DNA of 64,000 nt from Macrostomum lignano (taxonomy: Eukaryota): assembly GCA_002269645.1 (NCBI GenBank), contig NIVC01000962.1:62001-126000 (forward strand), in the 5' to 3' direction. The notes under the pieces were generated by a model, which saw only the letters and a program-made list of their open reading frames with translations, was not told where the DNA came from and did no database searches. Shown in pieces: positions 14,411-25,142 of this stretch. Numbering within the stretch: the first letter of the stretch is position 1; each line of letters begins with the position of its first letter. Made by a program: the position numbers and the translations under genes.

Positions 14411-15127
14411 CATTAGCTGGAGTAATTGAGGCTGTGTGTGGCGACCCCCCCCCCCAGTCCTTGGACTGAACAGCCGTACGCAGCCTTCAGCGGCTGAGCT
14501 GTCGGTTGCACATCTGCCAATTAAGACAGGTGTAATCAATTGTTTATTATTTTCATTATCATTACTTAAATGTAAGAAAATCGAATGGCGCATCTTTCAT
14601 AGCCTGGATAAAGGCAGAAGCGCAATTGTCAACTCTAGTAATTTTAATTGCTACGCCAGTGCCCCAGGTTGGCGGTTAAATTGAAAGCATTTAAAAAGTG
14701 CGCTCCTAACAGCTACTTAAACGGACATAGCGAACTAACATGGAACGAAAGCGATAGAGAAGGCAATACCTGAAAATGCTGCTTGAGACAACACTTACAT
14801 GCTGTCTTCGCTGTCATATCCAACCAGAAATTGAAGGCATCAAAGGCATGCAAATTTTATTTATTTCCAGATTCACAATTTGTACGCAAATTATAACCAT
14901 GACATATATTTCAACGGTCAGAGCCAATATTTATTTCATATTTGCTCTCCAATATCCAAAAATGCAAAAGCAAGCAGCAACTGTACAATTAAAATGTAGA
15001 GCACTGGCGGAAGAGCATTTGAGAAGTAAGATGATTTAATTATTGCATAACTAAGTTAACCAAAGTGCTGAAGTATTGAAAAGGTCCCTTAATGGGTAAG
15101 GACTAGGCCGTTAATTTTTTCCTCTGT

Positions 15128-15443
15128 CTGTAAAATGGTCAAACTAATCTGTAGAATGGTCAAACCAATCTGTAGAATGGTCAAAACAATCTGTAGAATG
15201 GTCAAACCAATCAGTAGAATGGTCAAACCAATCAGTAGAATGGTCAAACCAATCAGTAGAATGGTCAAACCAATCAGTAGAATGGTCAAACCAATCTGTA
15301 GAATGTTCAAACCAATCTGTAGAATGGTCAAACCAATCTGTAGAATGGTCAAACCAATCTGTAGAATGGTCAAACCAATCTGTAGAATGGTCTAAACAAT
15401 CTGTAGAATGGTCAAACCAATCTGTAGAAAAGTCAAAACCAAT
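15128..15443. repeat. 21-bp minisatellite TGTAGAATGGTCAAACCAATC (~15 copies), just 3' of the OGFOD1 stop
   Basis: Direct periodicity; the ORFs at 15089 and 15135 are its translations. Confidence 0.95.
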
Positions 15444-15457
15444 ATCTCCCCCCTAGT

Positions 15458-16438
15458 TCACTTCCCAGAGTCCGCCGGTTCGCGGTACAGCGCCCGATAG
15501 TCGTAGAACTGCCCGGCGGAGTTGAGCTGGGCGCAGTTGGCATTCAGGTATTTCCCAAAGGGCACGGTGTCGAGCTCACGGTACACCAAGTTCAGACAGT
15601 TGTCCTCAGGCGTCACCGTCACCAGGGGCTCGCCGTCGGTGTCGGCAGTGCATGTGAAATGAGTCTCGCCGCCCATAGTCTCGCGCCAGCCGGTGCAGCC
15701 ACAGTGCCACACAGCGTCGAGAAAAAAGCCGCCGTCGCCGTCGCCCTGGCCGCAGTAGTCGCTGTCCCGAACCAGGGTGTAGCAGCCGCGTCTCCATCGA
15801 CGAAACTCGCCCTGACAGACGCCTACAGGAAGTCTGTCGGAATTCTCGGCGACTGCGTCATCTAGTCGACGTCGCTTTGCCGGGCCAGCGTCGCCGTTAT
15901 CTTTGTCGCCGTTGGCTTCGTCGCCGTTGGCTTCGTCGCCGTTGGCTTCGTCGGCGTCGGCAACAGCGGAGCTGGCATAGTGCAGCGACAGTCCCGTCAG
16001 GTCGCTGAGGATGACGAGCATGGCGTCAGAGTGGAACAGCCGATCCAACTCGATAATTAGCGGTGCTCGATCGTTAGCGATGACGTCATCAAGCGAAATG
16101 ACGTCATAGCTGCGCTGGGTGAGCGGGCCAACCCGAGTCCATGTGGCGCCGGCCAGCTGATCAATCAACTCGGCCACCAAGGTCTCGTTAAGAAAATTAT
16201 CCAACCGAATCTGCGACTCGTCGCCAAAGCTGGACCGAATTTCAGCCTGAGTCTCCGCGGCCAGGTAAGCGCAGTTGATCCACCGGTAAACCAGGTCTTC
16301 ATCTATGGCCAGGGGCGCTTCCAGGTGTGCAAACGGGCTGGCGGCCGCTTCCTTGGCGTTGGCGTCCTCGGCAACCAGGGCAGCGGCGGCAGGGTCGCCC
16401 CGAGGAAAGCGGAACCAGCCGTGCACGGAGAGCCGCAC
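15458..16438 (-). CDS. OGFOD1: Prolyl 3-hydroxylase OGFOD1/TPA1, last coding exon
   Basis: Acceptor CCCAG|GTGCGG. Encodes VRLSVHGWF (2-oxoglutarate-binding Arg) and a degenerate C-terminal dioxygenase domain (GGETHF, PEDNCLNLVYRE). 981 nt in frame to TGA at 15458-60. Confidence 0.9.
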   Translation of the reverse strand: MRLSVHGWFRFPRGDPAAAALVAEDANAKEAAASPFAHLEAPLAIDEDLVYRWINCAYLAAETQAEIRSSFGDESQIRLDNFLNETLVAELIDQLAGATWTRVGPLTQRSYDVISLDDVIANDRAPLIIELDRLFHSDAMLVILSDLTGLSLHYASSAVADADEANGDEANGDEANGDKDNGDAGPAKRRRLDDAVAENSDRLPVGVCQGEFRRWRRGCYTLVRDSDYCGQGDGDGGFFLDAVWHCGCTGWRETMGGETHFTCTADTDGEPLVTVTPEDNCLNLVYRELDTVPFGKYLNANCAQLNSAGQFYDYRALYREPADSGK

Positions 16439-16679
16439 CTGGGATCGAATCGAAGAAAACAAAGGTTAGGATGGCTTTCCCGACTCGATGTTAGATGAAG
16501 CTGTATGGAAAATGCTATTCTATGCATATAATTTCTCTACGAAGGCGTCTACGAATGCTTTAGGTTGTCAACCCATGGCTGTAGAAGTATTGAGTCTTCT
16601 TGGCATCCGACCATGTTAGAGATCCGTTTGGAAATTCACAGATCAGTTGGACCACTCAACCAACTGGTTAGGCCATTCT

Positions 16680-17035
16680 GCAGATTCTACAGAATGGTTT
16701 GACCATCCTATTTTACAGATTGGTTTGATCATTCTACAGATTGGTCTGACCATTCTGCAGATTCTTTTGACCATTATGCAGATTGGTTTGCCGTTCTGCA
16801 GATTGGTTTGGCCATTCTACAGATTGGTTTGGCCATTCTACAGATTGGTTTAGCCATTCTACAGATTGGTTTGGCCATTCTACAGATTGTTTTGGCCATT
16901 CTACAGATACCTAGGATTGACCATTATACAGATGGGTTTGACCATTCTACAGATTGGTCTGACCATCCTATTTTACAGATTGGTTTGATCTTTCTACAGA
17001 TTGGTCTGACCATTCTGCAGATGGGTTTGGCCATT
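16680..17035. repeat. 21-bp minisatellite GATTGGTTTG(G/A)CCATTCTACA in the OGFOD1 intron; reverse complement of the 15128-15443 family
   Basis: The unit is the reverse complement of TGTAGAATGGTCAAACCAATC; copies are more degenerate. Confidence 0.92.
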
Positions 17036-17073
17036 CAGTAGCATTAGTCCCTCTACACTGAACAGCAACCCAC

Positions 17074-17718
17074 CTTGTCGATGCTGGTGACCTCGGCCAC
17101 CTGATGGTAGGACTGTCTGGACACCTCAAAGAACACGAAAGAGTCACGCTCAGGCAGCAGCGAGGCTGCCACCTGTTCAGGCGGTCCGCCATCGCCAGAC
17201 TGCGCCCCCAGCAGCTCCAGAGCTCCGCCATCGCTGTCAGACCATCCGGAATCGACCAGATACCAGACGAAGGCGACGCGCCTGCCAAGCATTCTATCGT
17301 CGTGGCACAGCAGGCAGTCGCCGCGACCGTACCTGGAGCAGGTGACGTCGATCTCGGCGTCACTGAGCTGCAGTCCGATCAGCCGCTGCAGCCAAGGCCG
17401 CACCGAGTCCAGCAGGAAGCTGCGAAATTGGCGCAAAATTTTCGGCGCTCTGGTGGCAGCGTCGGCCAAGTCGCCAGACTGAGCCAGCTGGTGCAGGTCG
17501 CTGCTGCGCCGGGTGTAGGCCAGCCGCTCGGCAGCGGAGGCCACGGAGGTCAGCGCAGACTCGCTGGCCAACAGCCGGCGCAGGCGAGCGCAGACAAACG
17601 GCTTACCGTAGAGATCAAAGGCGCCGCCAGGGTCTGAGTAATTAGCAGCCGCTGAGTAGTGGCTAGAGAAATCGGCTATAAACTCAGGAGAGCTCAGAGC
17701 CGGGTTCAAACTGAACTC
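17074..17718 (-). CDS. OGFOD1: OGFOD1 catalytic-domain exon
   Basis: Contains CLLCHDD (HxD), RRVAFVWYL, GGALEL and SYHQVAEV (distal His). Acceptor CGCAG|GAG, donor AAG|GTGGGT. 645 nt, phase 0-0, joins in frame to 16438. Confidence 0.92.
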
Positions 17719-17910
17719 CTGCGAGTCCAAAAAGGGTTGAGTACAATGAGATAAAAGTATGCAAAAAGCACTTTTATTAAGAAAAATTCTCGCCTTACTA
17801 GGCTGGGAGATCAGCAAGCTTAATGAGGACAAATGTTGAAGAAATTCTAAAGAAAATTTTAGTTTGATCCGGCGGTTTTAATAATCTTATCCTCAAAAAT
17901 TAATACCACA

Positions 17911-19020
17911 GACTACCTCAAAATCTCATAACCTATAAAGGCTACCTCAAAATCTCATACCCTATAAAGGCTACCTCAAAATCCCATACCCTAAAAACAC
18001 TGCCTTAAAATCTCATACCCTAAAAAGGCTACCTCAAAATCTCATACCCTAAAAAGACTACCTCAAAATCTCACACCCTAAAGAGTACCTCAAAATGTCA
18101 TAATTCTAAAGAAGCTTGATCCAGCGGTTTCAGTAATCTTATCTTAAAAAATTGATGCCACAGGCTACCTCAAAATCTCATACCCTAAAAAGGCTACCTC
18201 AAAATCTCATACCCTAAAAAGGCTACCTTAAAATCTCATACCCTAAAAAGGCTACCTTAAAATCTCATACCCTAAAAAGGCTACCTCAAAATCTCATACC
18301 CTAAAAAGGCTACCTCAAAATCTCATACCCTAAAAAGGCTACCTCAAAATCTCTTACCCTGAAAAGGCTACCTTAAAATCTCATACCCTAAAAAGGCTAC
18401 CTCAAAATCTCATACCCTGAAAAGGCTACCTCAAAATCTCATACCCTAAAAAGGCTACCTCAAAATCTCATACCCTAAAAAGGCTACCTCAAAATCTCAT
18501 ACCCTATAAAGGCTACCTCAAAATCTCATACCCTAAAAAGGCTACCTCAAAATCTCATACCCTAAAAAGGCTACCTCAAAATCTCATACCCTAAAAAGGC
18601 TACCTCAAAATCTCATACCCTATAAAGGCTACCTCAAAATCTCATACCCTATAAAGGCTACCTTAAAATCTCATAACCTAAAAAGGCTACCTCAAAATCT
18701 CATACCCTATAAAGGCTACCTCAAAATCTCATACCCTAAAAAGGCTACCTCAAAATCTCATACCCTATAAAGGCTACCTCAAAATCTCATACCCTAAAAA
18801 GGCTACCTCAAAATCTCATACCCTAAAAAGGCTACCTCAAAATCTCATACCCTATAAAGGCTACCTCAAAATCTCATACCCTAAAAAGGCTACCTCAAAA
18901 TCTCATACCCTAAAAAGGCTACCTCAAAATCTCATACCCTAAAAAGGCTACCTCAAAATCTCATAACCTAAAAAGGCTACCTCAAAATCTATCTCATACC
19001 CTAAAAAGACTACCTTAAAA
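17911..19020. repeat. 29-bp minisatellite GGCTACCTCAAAATCTCATACCCTAAAAA (~38 units, two blocks)
   Basis: Direct periodicity. Each block is preceded by a duplicated leader GATCC(G/A)GCGGTTT..ATAATCTTATC at ~17866 and ~18118. Confidence 0.95.
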
Positions 19021-19104
19021 TGTCGTACCGAAGTCTCCTAAGTCTACCACAGATCTCATACCCAATCTCACACTCTACCCCTAAAGAAATCCTATTGAAA
19101 ACAC

Positions 19105-19119
19105 CTGACAGAAAGTCAT
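19105..19119 (-). CDS. OGFOD1: Putative first coding exon of OGFOD1 (MTFCQ)
   Basis: ACCATGACTTTCTGTCAG|GTGTTT has a Kozak-like context and phase 0. It gives a 546-aa protein, close to the vertebrate length. The exon is too short to confirm by homology. Confidence 0.45.
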
Positions 19120-19797
19120 GGTAGAAAAATTATACAGCAATTGATTTCCGTCTCGCCCAGTGCAGAAGTCAGTGTAAAATCGGCACAAACTTTGAGCTGT
19201 GCTCACGTCTATTTCCGTAAATCCCAACAAGAGATCACAGCGAATTTACAGTGAAAAAAGGGACGGACACGGGAGTTGCGGTTATCGTTTTATTTAAATT
19301 TCATTTTGAAATAACAGCCACAGATCAACGGCATCGCCTGTGCGAATATTATTGATAGAAAAGAGAATTTTTTGCTCATCTAAAGTGACTATTCATACTA
19401 CTTCTATAGTAGGCCGAATGAAATCTAGGCGCAAAAAACATAACACTACTCAATGACACTTTGAAAGTCGAAATGTAAATACAGCTCGTGTTATCAAAAG
19501 TAGCATAGAAGGGGAATTAACTAAATCTGCTTGAAATATTATCACAAGAATATACCTAAACTTTAACTACGAGTAGAGTAAAACCTCATAAGCTGATTCG
19601 AACTACAAAAGTAACCCCAGTGATACACAAGTGCTCAGCACCATGAATATACACAGGAGAGACAGGAATGTATTGTAAGTAGGATTTTAAGCCATTTCTA
19701 TTGTAATAATATATGACAGAGTTGCACCAGACACTGATAATGTTTATAATGTACTATTTATCAATACATCTGGAACTCGTGGGTCTGGGGAAAGCGA

Positions 19798-19982
19798 TGG
19801 CCCAGCAACTGAAGATCTAGGAGGCTGGTGCAGCAACTGAGGATCTGGGAGGCTGGCCCAGCAACTGAGGATCTGGGAGGCTGGCCCAGCAACTGAGGAT
19901 CTGGGAGGCTGGCCCAGCAACTGAGGATCTGGGAGGCTGGCCCAGCAACTGAGGATCTGGGAGGCTGGCCCAGCAACTGAGG
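19798..19982. repeat. 28-bp minisatellite family, locus 1 (CAGCAACTGAGGATCTGGGAGGCTGGCC, ~6.5 copies)
   Basis: Reverse complement of the arrays at 38208 and 52434. Confidence 0.95.
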
Positions 19983-20556
19983 GACATTGTGGAAATTCTA
20001 AGACTGGGAACACTGCAACAGCAGAGCATACAACATAAATATGTATACAGAATACTTGATAAAGAAGGATTGCAAAAGTCCATTAGCTATTAGTAGACAG
20101 CGAGTCAACCAGAGCAAAGAGAAGCAGTCATCAAATATCCAAAGCTATACCAATAAGCACAGCCACATAAATTATTACAATAAAACAATAAGCTACAACA
20201 ATGAAAGCAATGTGAAGCAACCAGATGTGTTGAGTTCACAGTAACACGTCAATATGCTCCATGTGCCCAGAACTTGTCCATGCACAATAAAGTTTAGCTA
20301 AAAGCTCTTCAAAGAATTGAAAAGACACACAGTACAACATTGATGCATTAGGGGATATGATTGAGTAGTTCATATTAAAGAATAAAAACAAATTATTCCG
20401 ACAACATTAGAGCATTTCTTAGAAAGTCTCGTAGAGGAAAAATAGGACAGTATTAAAAGGACTGGGCCAAGAGTGACAGTAAATTATTTGGTGCCCTAAT
20501 AAAATTTTTAGTTAATATTGTGTCAGTTGAATCAAAAAAAGTATTAGCTGACTGCA

Positions 20557-20595
20557 TCAGGGACTTGTCTGCTCCGTTTCTTCGAGTTCCATGCG
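20557..20595 (-). CDS. RABL2: RABL2 exon 6 (RMELEETEQTSP*)
   Basis: Acceptor TTTCAATTTCAG|CGC, phase 0 matching the exon 5 donor, TGA at 20557-59. Sequence is not conserved. Confidence 0.6.
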   Translation of the reverse strand, partial: RMELEETEQTSP

Positions 20596-20664
20596 CTGAA
20601 ATTGAAATTTAATACAAATCATAAGTACAACTTAGGGAAATTTTTTAATTGAGATTCTTAGAAA

Positions 20665-21630
20665 GATGAATCAAGGGCGATTCTTAGAAAGATGGCTCAG
20701 AGAAGATTCTTAAAGATGGCTCAGAGACGATTCTCATAAAGATGGCTCAGAGACGATTCTTAGAAAGATGGCTCAGAGACGATTCTTAGAAAGATGGTCC
20801 AGAGACGATTCTTAGAAAGATGGCTCAGAGACGATTCTTAGAAAGATGGCTCAGAGACGATTCTTAGAAAGATGGTCCAAAGACGATTCTTAGAAAGATG
20901 GCTCAGAGACGATTCTTAGAAAGATGGTCCAGAGACGATTCTCATAAAGATGGCTCAGAGACGATTCTTAGAAAGATGGTCCAGAGACGATTCTCATAAA
21001 GATGGCTCAAAGACGATTCGTAGAAAGATGGCTCAGATACGATTCTTAGAAAGATGGCTCAGATACGATTCTTAGAAAGATGGCTCAGATACGATTCTTA
21101 GAAAGATGGCTCAGAGACGATTCTTAGAAAGATGGCTCAGAGACGATTCTTAGAAAGATGGCTCAGAGACGATTCTTAGAAAGATGGCTCAGAGACGATT
21201 CTTAGAAAGATGGCTCAGAGACGATTCTTAGAAAGATGGCTCAGAGACGATTCTTAGAAAGATGGCTCAGAGACGATTCTTAGAAAGATGGCTCAGAGAA
21301 GATTCTTAGAAAGATGGCTCAGAGACGATTCTTAGAAAGATGGTCCAGAGACGATTCTTAGAAAGATGGCTCAGAGACGATTCTTAGAAAGATGGTCCAA
21401 AGACGATTCTTAGAAAGATGGCTCAGAGACGATTCTTAGAAAGATGGTCCAGAGACGATTCTCATAAAGATGGCTCAAAGACGATTCTTAGAAAGATGGC
21501 TCAGAGACGATTCTTAGAAAGATGGCTCAGAGACGATTCGTAGAAAGATGGCTCAAAGACGATTCTTAGAAAGATGGTCCAGAGACGATTCTCATAAAGA
21601 TGACTCAGATACGATTCTTAGAAAGATGAT
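20665..21630. repeat. 26-bp minisatellite GAGACGATTCTTAGAAAGATGGCTCA (~37 copies), RABL2 intron 5
   Basis: Direct periodicity. Confidence 0.95.
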
Positions 21631-21872
21631 GATCAGACACAATTTTTACTTAAGAGGCAATTCTTCGAAAGATGACGATTCTTAGATAATAAGGAGGCGA
21701 TTGTTCGATATTAGATGCATTTCTTAGAAAGCGGAACAGATTCTCAGATATTTAAAACGGTTTTTAATTATAGTTCCTGAAAGAGGCAATTATTAGAAAG
21801 AACCGTTCGAGCCTATTCAAAGAAAGATGACATTGATCACGCGGGCGATTCTCAAACTGCGAAACCGCTCAC

Positions 21873-22054
21873 CTCGAGCTCCTCCATAATGAGGTCGGTA
21901 ATATCGCTGCCGCTGGTTCTGTACTCCACCGCGGCCTGAATGGCGTGCCGGAACATTTTCACAACGTTGGTGCCGTCCGAAGCGGACACGAAATAGAAGG
22001 GCATGCCGTGCTTCTTGGGGAAATTGAAGCTCGTCTTGGTGATGGCCATGTTGG
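21873..22054 (-). CDS. RABL2: RABL2 exon 5
   Basis: Encodes MPFYFVSASDGTNVVKMF (G5 region). CAG|CC acceptor, GAG|GTGAGC donor, 182 nt. Confidence 0.92.
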
Positions 22055-22154
22055 CTGCGGGTCAGGACCAATTAAGATTTGCCTAAGCATCTAATGGTCT
22101 TTAGATCTGTCACTCTTGGAACTGAACACTTCAGTGGGTTCCTACATGACCCAG

Positions 22155-24035
22155 CCCTGATTCTTCAGTGTCATCAGTCCACATGCGCTGATTCTTCAGC
22201 GAGTGCCGTCACTCTAATATAGTCTGGTTCTTCAGGGAGTGCCGTCACTCTAATATAGTCTGGTTCTTCAGGGAGTGCCGTCACTCTAATATAGTCTGAT
22301 TCTTCAGGGAGTGCCGTCACTCTAATATAGTCTGATTCTTCAGGGAGTGCCGTCACTCTAATATAGTCTGATTCTTCAGGGAGTGCCGTCACTCTAATAT
22401 AGTCTGATTCTTCAGGGAGTGCCGTCACTCTAATATAGTCTGGTTCTTCAGGGAGTGCCGTCACTCTAATATAGTCTGATTCTTCAGCGAGTGCCGTCAG
22501 TCTAATATAGTCTGATTCTTCAGCGAGTGCCGTCACACTAATATAGTCTGATTCTTAAGGGAGTGCCGTCACTCTAATATAGTCTGATTCTTCAGGGAGT
22601 GCCGTCACACTAATATAGTCTGATTCTTCAGGGAGTGCCGTCACACTAATATAGTCTGATTCTTCAGCGAGTGCCGTCACACTAATATAGTCTGATTCTT
22701 AAGGGAGTGCCGTCACTCTAATATAGTCTGATTCTTCAGGGAGTGCCGTCACTCTAATATAGTCTGATTCTTCAGGGAGTGCCGTCACACTAATATAGTC
22801 TGATTCTTAAGGGAGTGCCGTCACTCTAATATAGTCTGATTCTTCAGCGAGTGCCGTCACACTAATATAGTCTGATTCTTAAGGGAGTGCCGTCACTCTA
22901 ATATATTCTGATTCTTCAGGGAGTGCCGTCACACTAATATAGTCTGATTCTTCAGGGAGTGCCGTCACACTAATATAGTCTGATTCTTAAGGGAGTGCCG
23001 TCACTCTAATATAGTCTGATTCTTCAGCGAGTGCCGTCACACTAATATAGTCTGATTCTTAAGGGAGTGCCGTCACTCTAATATAGTCTGATTCTTCAGC
23101 GAGTGCCGTCACACTAATATAGTCTGATTCTTAAGGGAGTGCCGTCACTCTAATATAGTCTGATTCTTCAGGGAGTGCCGTCACTCTAATATAGTCTGAT
23201 TCTTCAGGCAGTGCCGTCACTCTAATATAGTCTGATTCTTCAGGGAGTGCCGTCACTCTAATATAGTCTGATTCTTCAGGGAGTGCCGTCACTCTAATAT
23301 AGTCTGATTCTTCAGGGAGTGCCGTCACTCTAATATAGTCTGATTCTTCAGGGAGTGCCGTCACTCTAATATAGTCTGATTCTTCAGGGAGTGCCGTCAC
23401 TCTAATATAGTCTGATTCTTCAGACAGTGCCGTCACTCTAATATAGTCTGATTCTTCAGGGAGTGCCGTCACTCTAATATAGTCTGATTCTTCAGGGAGT
23501 GCCGTCACTCTAATATAGTCTGATTCTTCAGGGAGTGCCGTCACACTAATATAGTCTGATTCTTAAGGGAGTGCCGTCACTCTAATATAGTCTGATTCTT
23601 CAGGGAGTGCCGTCACTCTAATATAGTCTGATTCTTCAGACAGTGCCGTCACTCCATATGGCCTGATTCTTCAGGGAGTGCCGTCACTCTAATATAGTCT
23701 GATTCTTCAGGGAGTGCCGTCACTCTAATATAGTCTGATTCTTCAGGCAGTGCCGTCACTCTAATATAGTCTGATTCTTCAGGGAGTGCCGTCACTCTAA
23801 TATAGTCTGATTCTTCAGACAGTGCCGTCACTCTAATATAGTCTGATTCTTCAGGGAGTGCCGTCACTCTAATATAGTCTGATTCTTCAGGCAGTGCCGT
23901 CACTCTAATATAGTCTGATTCTTCAGGGAGTGCCGTCACTCTAATATAGTCTGATTCTTCAGGGAGTGCCGTCACTCTAATATAGTCTGATTCTTCAGGC
24001 AGTGCCGTCACTCCATATGGCCTGATTCTTCATGA
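22155..24035. repeat. 36-bp minisatellite CAGGGAGTGCCGTCACTCTAATATAGTCTGATTCTT (~52 copies), RABL2 intron 4
   Basis: Direct periodicity; source of the VTALPEESDYIR ORFs. Confidence 0.97.
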
Positions 24036-24098
24036 TTCTTCATGAATCACATGACCTAATCCCGACCTCAGCTCCACTCAGTCACACCAATGGCTTAC

Positions 24099-24290
24099 CA
24101 TCAATCTTATTGGCAGCGCAGAGACAGGGAATCTCTGGCCTGTGCTGCCTCAGCTCCTTGTACCAGGTGGGCAAGTTTTTATAGGTGACCTTGCGAGTCA
24201 CGTCGAACACAAGAATGCAACAGTGCGCCTGGTGATAGTAGGACGTGTGCATGGACTGGAACCGCTCCTGGCCGGCTGTGTCCCAGAAAT
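24099..24290 (-). CDS. RABL2: RABL2 exon 4
   Basis: Encodes FWDTAGQERFQSMHTSYY (G3) through ANKID (G4). Acceptor GGCAG|AT, donor G|GTAAGC, 192 nt. Confidence 0.96.
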
Positions 24291-24419
24291 CTGCCGCAAT
24301 GGGAGAATGAGATTTATTTACGATAAAATAGATCATTCGTTTGAAAGAATGAGATGTATTTGAGGATAGGGATCTATGCTTTCAAAACTGCGAATTTTGT
24401 TTAGGGTTTGAATAAATGC

Positions 24420-24730
24420 TTTGGGAAAGGGGATTTCATTTGGGGACTTAAGATCTTTGCCTTCAAAATGGGATTTCACTTGGGGATTTGGGATCTCTGC
24501 CTTAAAAATGGGATTTGACTTGGGAATTTGGGATCGCTGCCTTGAAAATGGGATTTGACTTGGGAATTTGGGATCGCTGCTTTGAAAATGGGATTTCACT
24601 TGTGGATTTGGGATCTATGTCTTGAAAATGGGATTTCACTTGGGGATTTGGGATCTATATCTTGAAAATGGGACTTCAGTTGAGGATTTTAAACCAATAC
24701 ATAAAAATGGGATTCAGTTGGGAATTAGGA
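24420..24730. repeat. Degenerate ~40-bp repeat (TTGAAAATGGGATTTCACTTGGGGATTTGGGATCT..), RABL2 intron 3
   Basis: Recurrent GAAAATGGGATTT and TTTGGGATC motifs. Confidence 0.8.
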
Positions 24731-24810
24731 TCTACATACATATACAAAGAAGTTTGATATTAGAAACTGATTTTATAAAATACACACTTAAGCTTGAGAA
24801 TTTCTCTTAC

Positions 24811-24890
24811 CAATGGCAATCTTCTTTCCATTCAGTTGGTACTCATGCTTGAACAGTGTAAGTGCATAAGTTGACAGCTGTTGTGGTTGA
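24811..24890 (-). CDS. RABL2: RABL2 exon 3 (QPQQLSTYALTLFKHEYQLNGKKIAI)
   Basis: Matches the RABL2 signature QPQQLSTYALTL; 80 nt with consistent phases. Confidence 0.95.
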
Positions 24891-25112
24891 CTAGTTGGTA
24901 TTTTTGCAATATACTGTTAAGGAAAATAAAATAATATAAACTGGCTTTGAAAATATTATGTATATACTTGTATTACCTGTATATAGTTTATATACTTTCC
25001 TTCTGCATTGCCTGGTAATATAAAAAAGACAAGAATCATGCAAAAATTAAAAATATCAATATAAAGAAGCAGTTCATATGTGGAATTAATATAGACAATG
25101 TAAAAAGGATAC
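24891..25112 (-). other. U12-type (minor spliceosome) GT-AG intron, RABL2 intron 2
   Basis: 5' splice site GTATCCTTT; branch point TTTTCCTTAAC at 24916-24926; terminal AG at 24891-92. Confidence 0.9.
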
Positions 25113-25142
25113 TATCCATTCATCACGAACCGCTCAACCAGT
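25113..25142 (-). CDS. RABL2: RABL2 exon 2, 30-nt micro-exon (K|LVERFVMNG|Y)
   Basis: TTTTAG|ACTGGTTGAGCGGTTCGTGATGAATGGATA|GTATCC bridges the phases of exons 1 and 3 and matches vertebrate KLMERFLMDGF. Confidence 0.93.

Noticed and set aside
17719-17832. N-terminal extension of OGFOD1 as given in the ORF track
   Set aside because: Begins at TTG and covers a pyrimidine tract ending in CAG, so it is intron.
22174-24011. VTALPEESDYIR repeat protein
   Set aside because: Translation of a 36-bp intronic minisatellite between two well-supported RABL2 exons; frames are broken by TAA variants.
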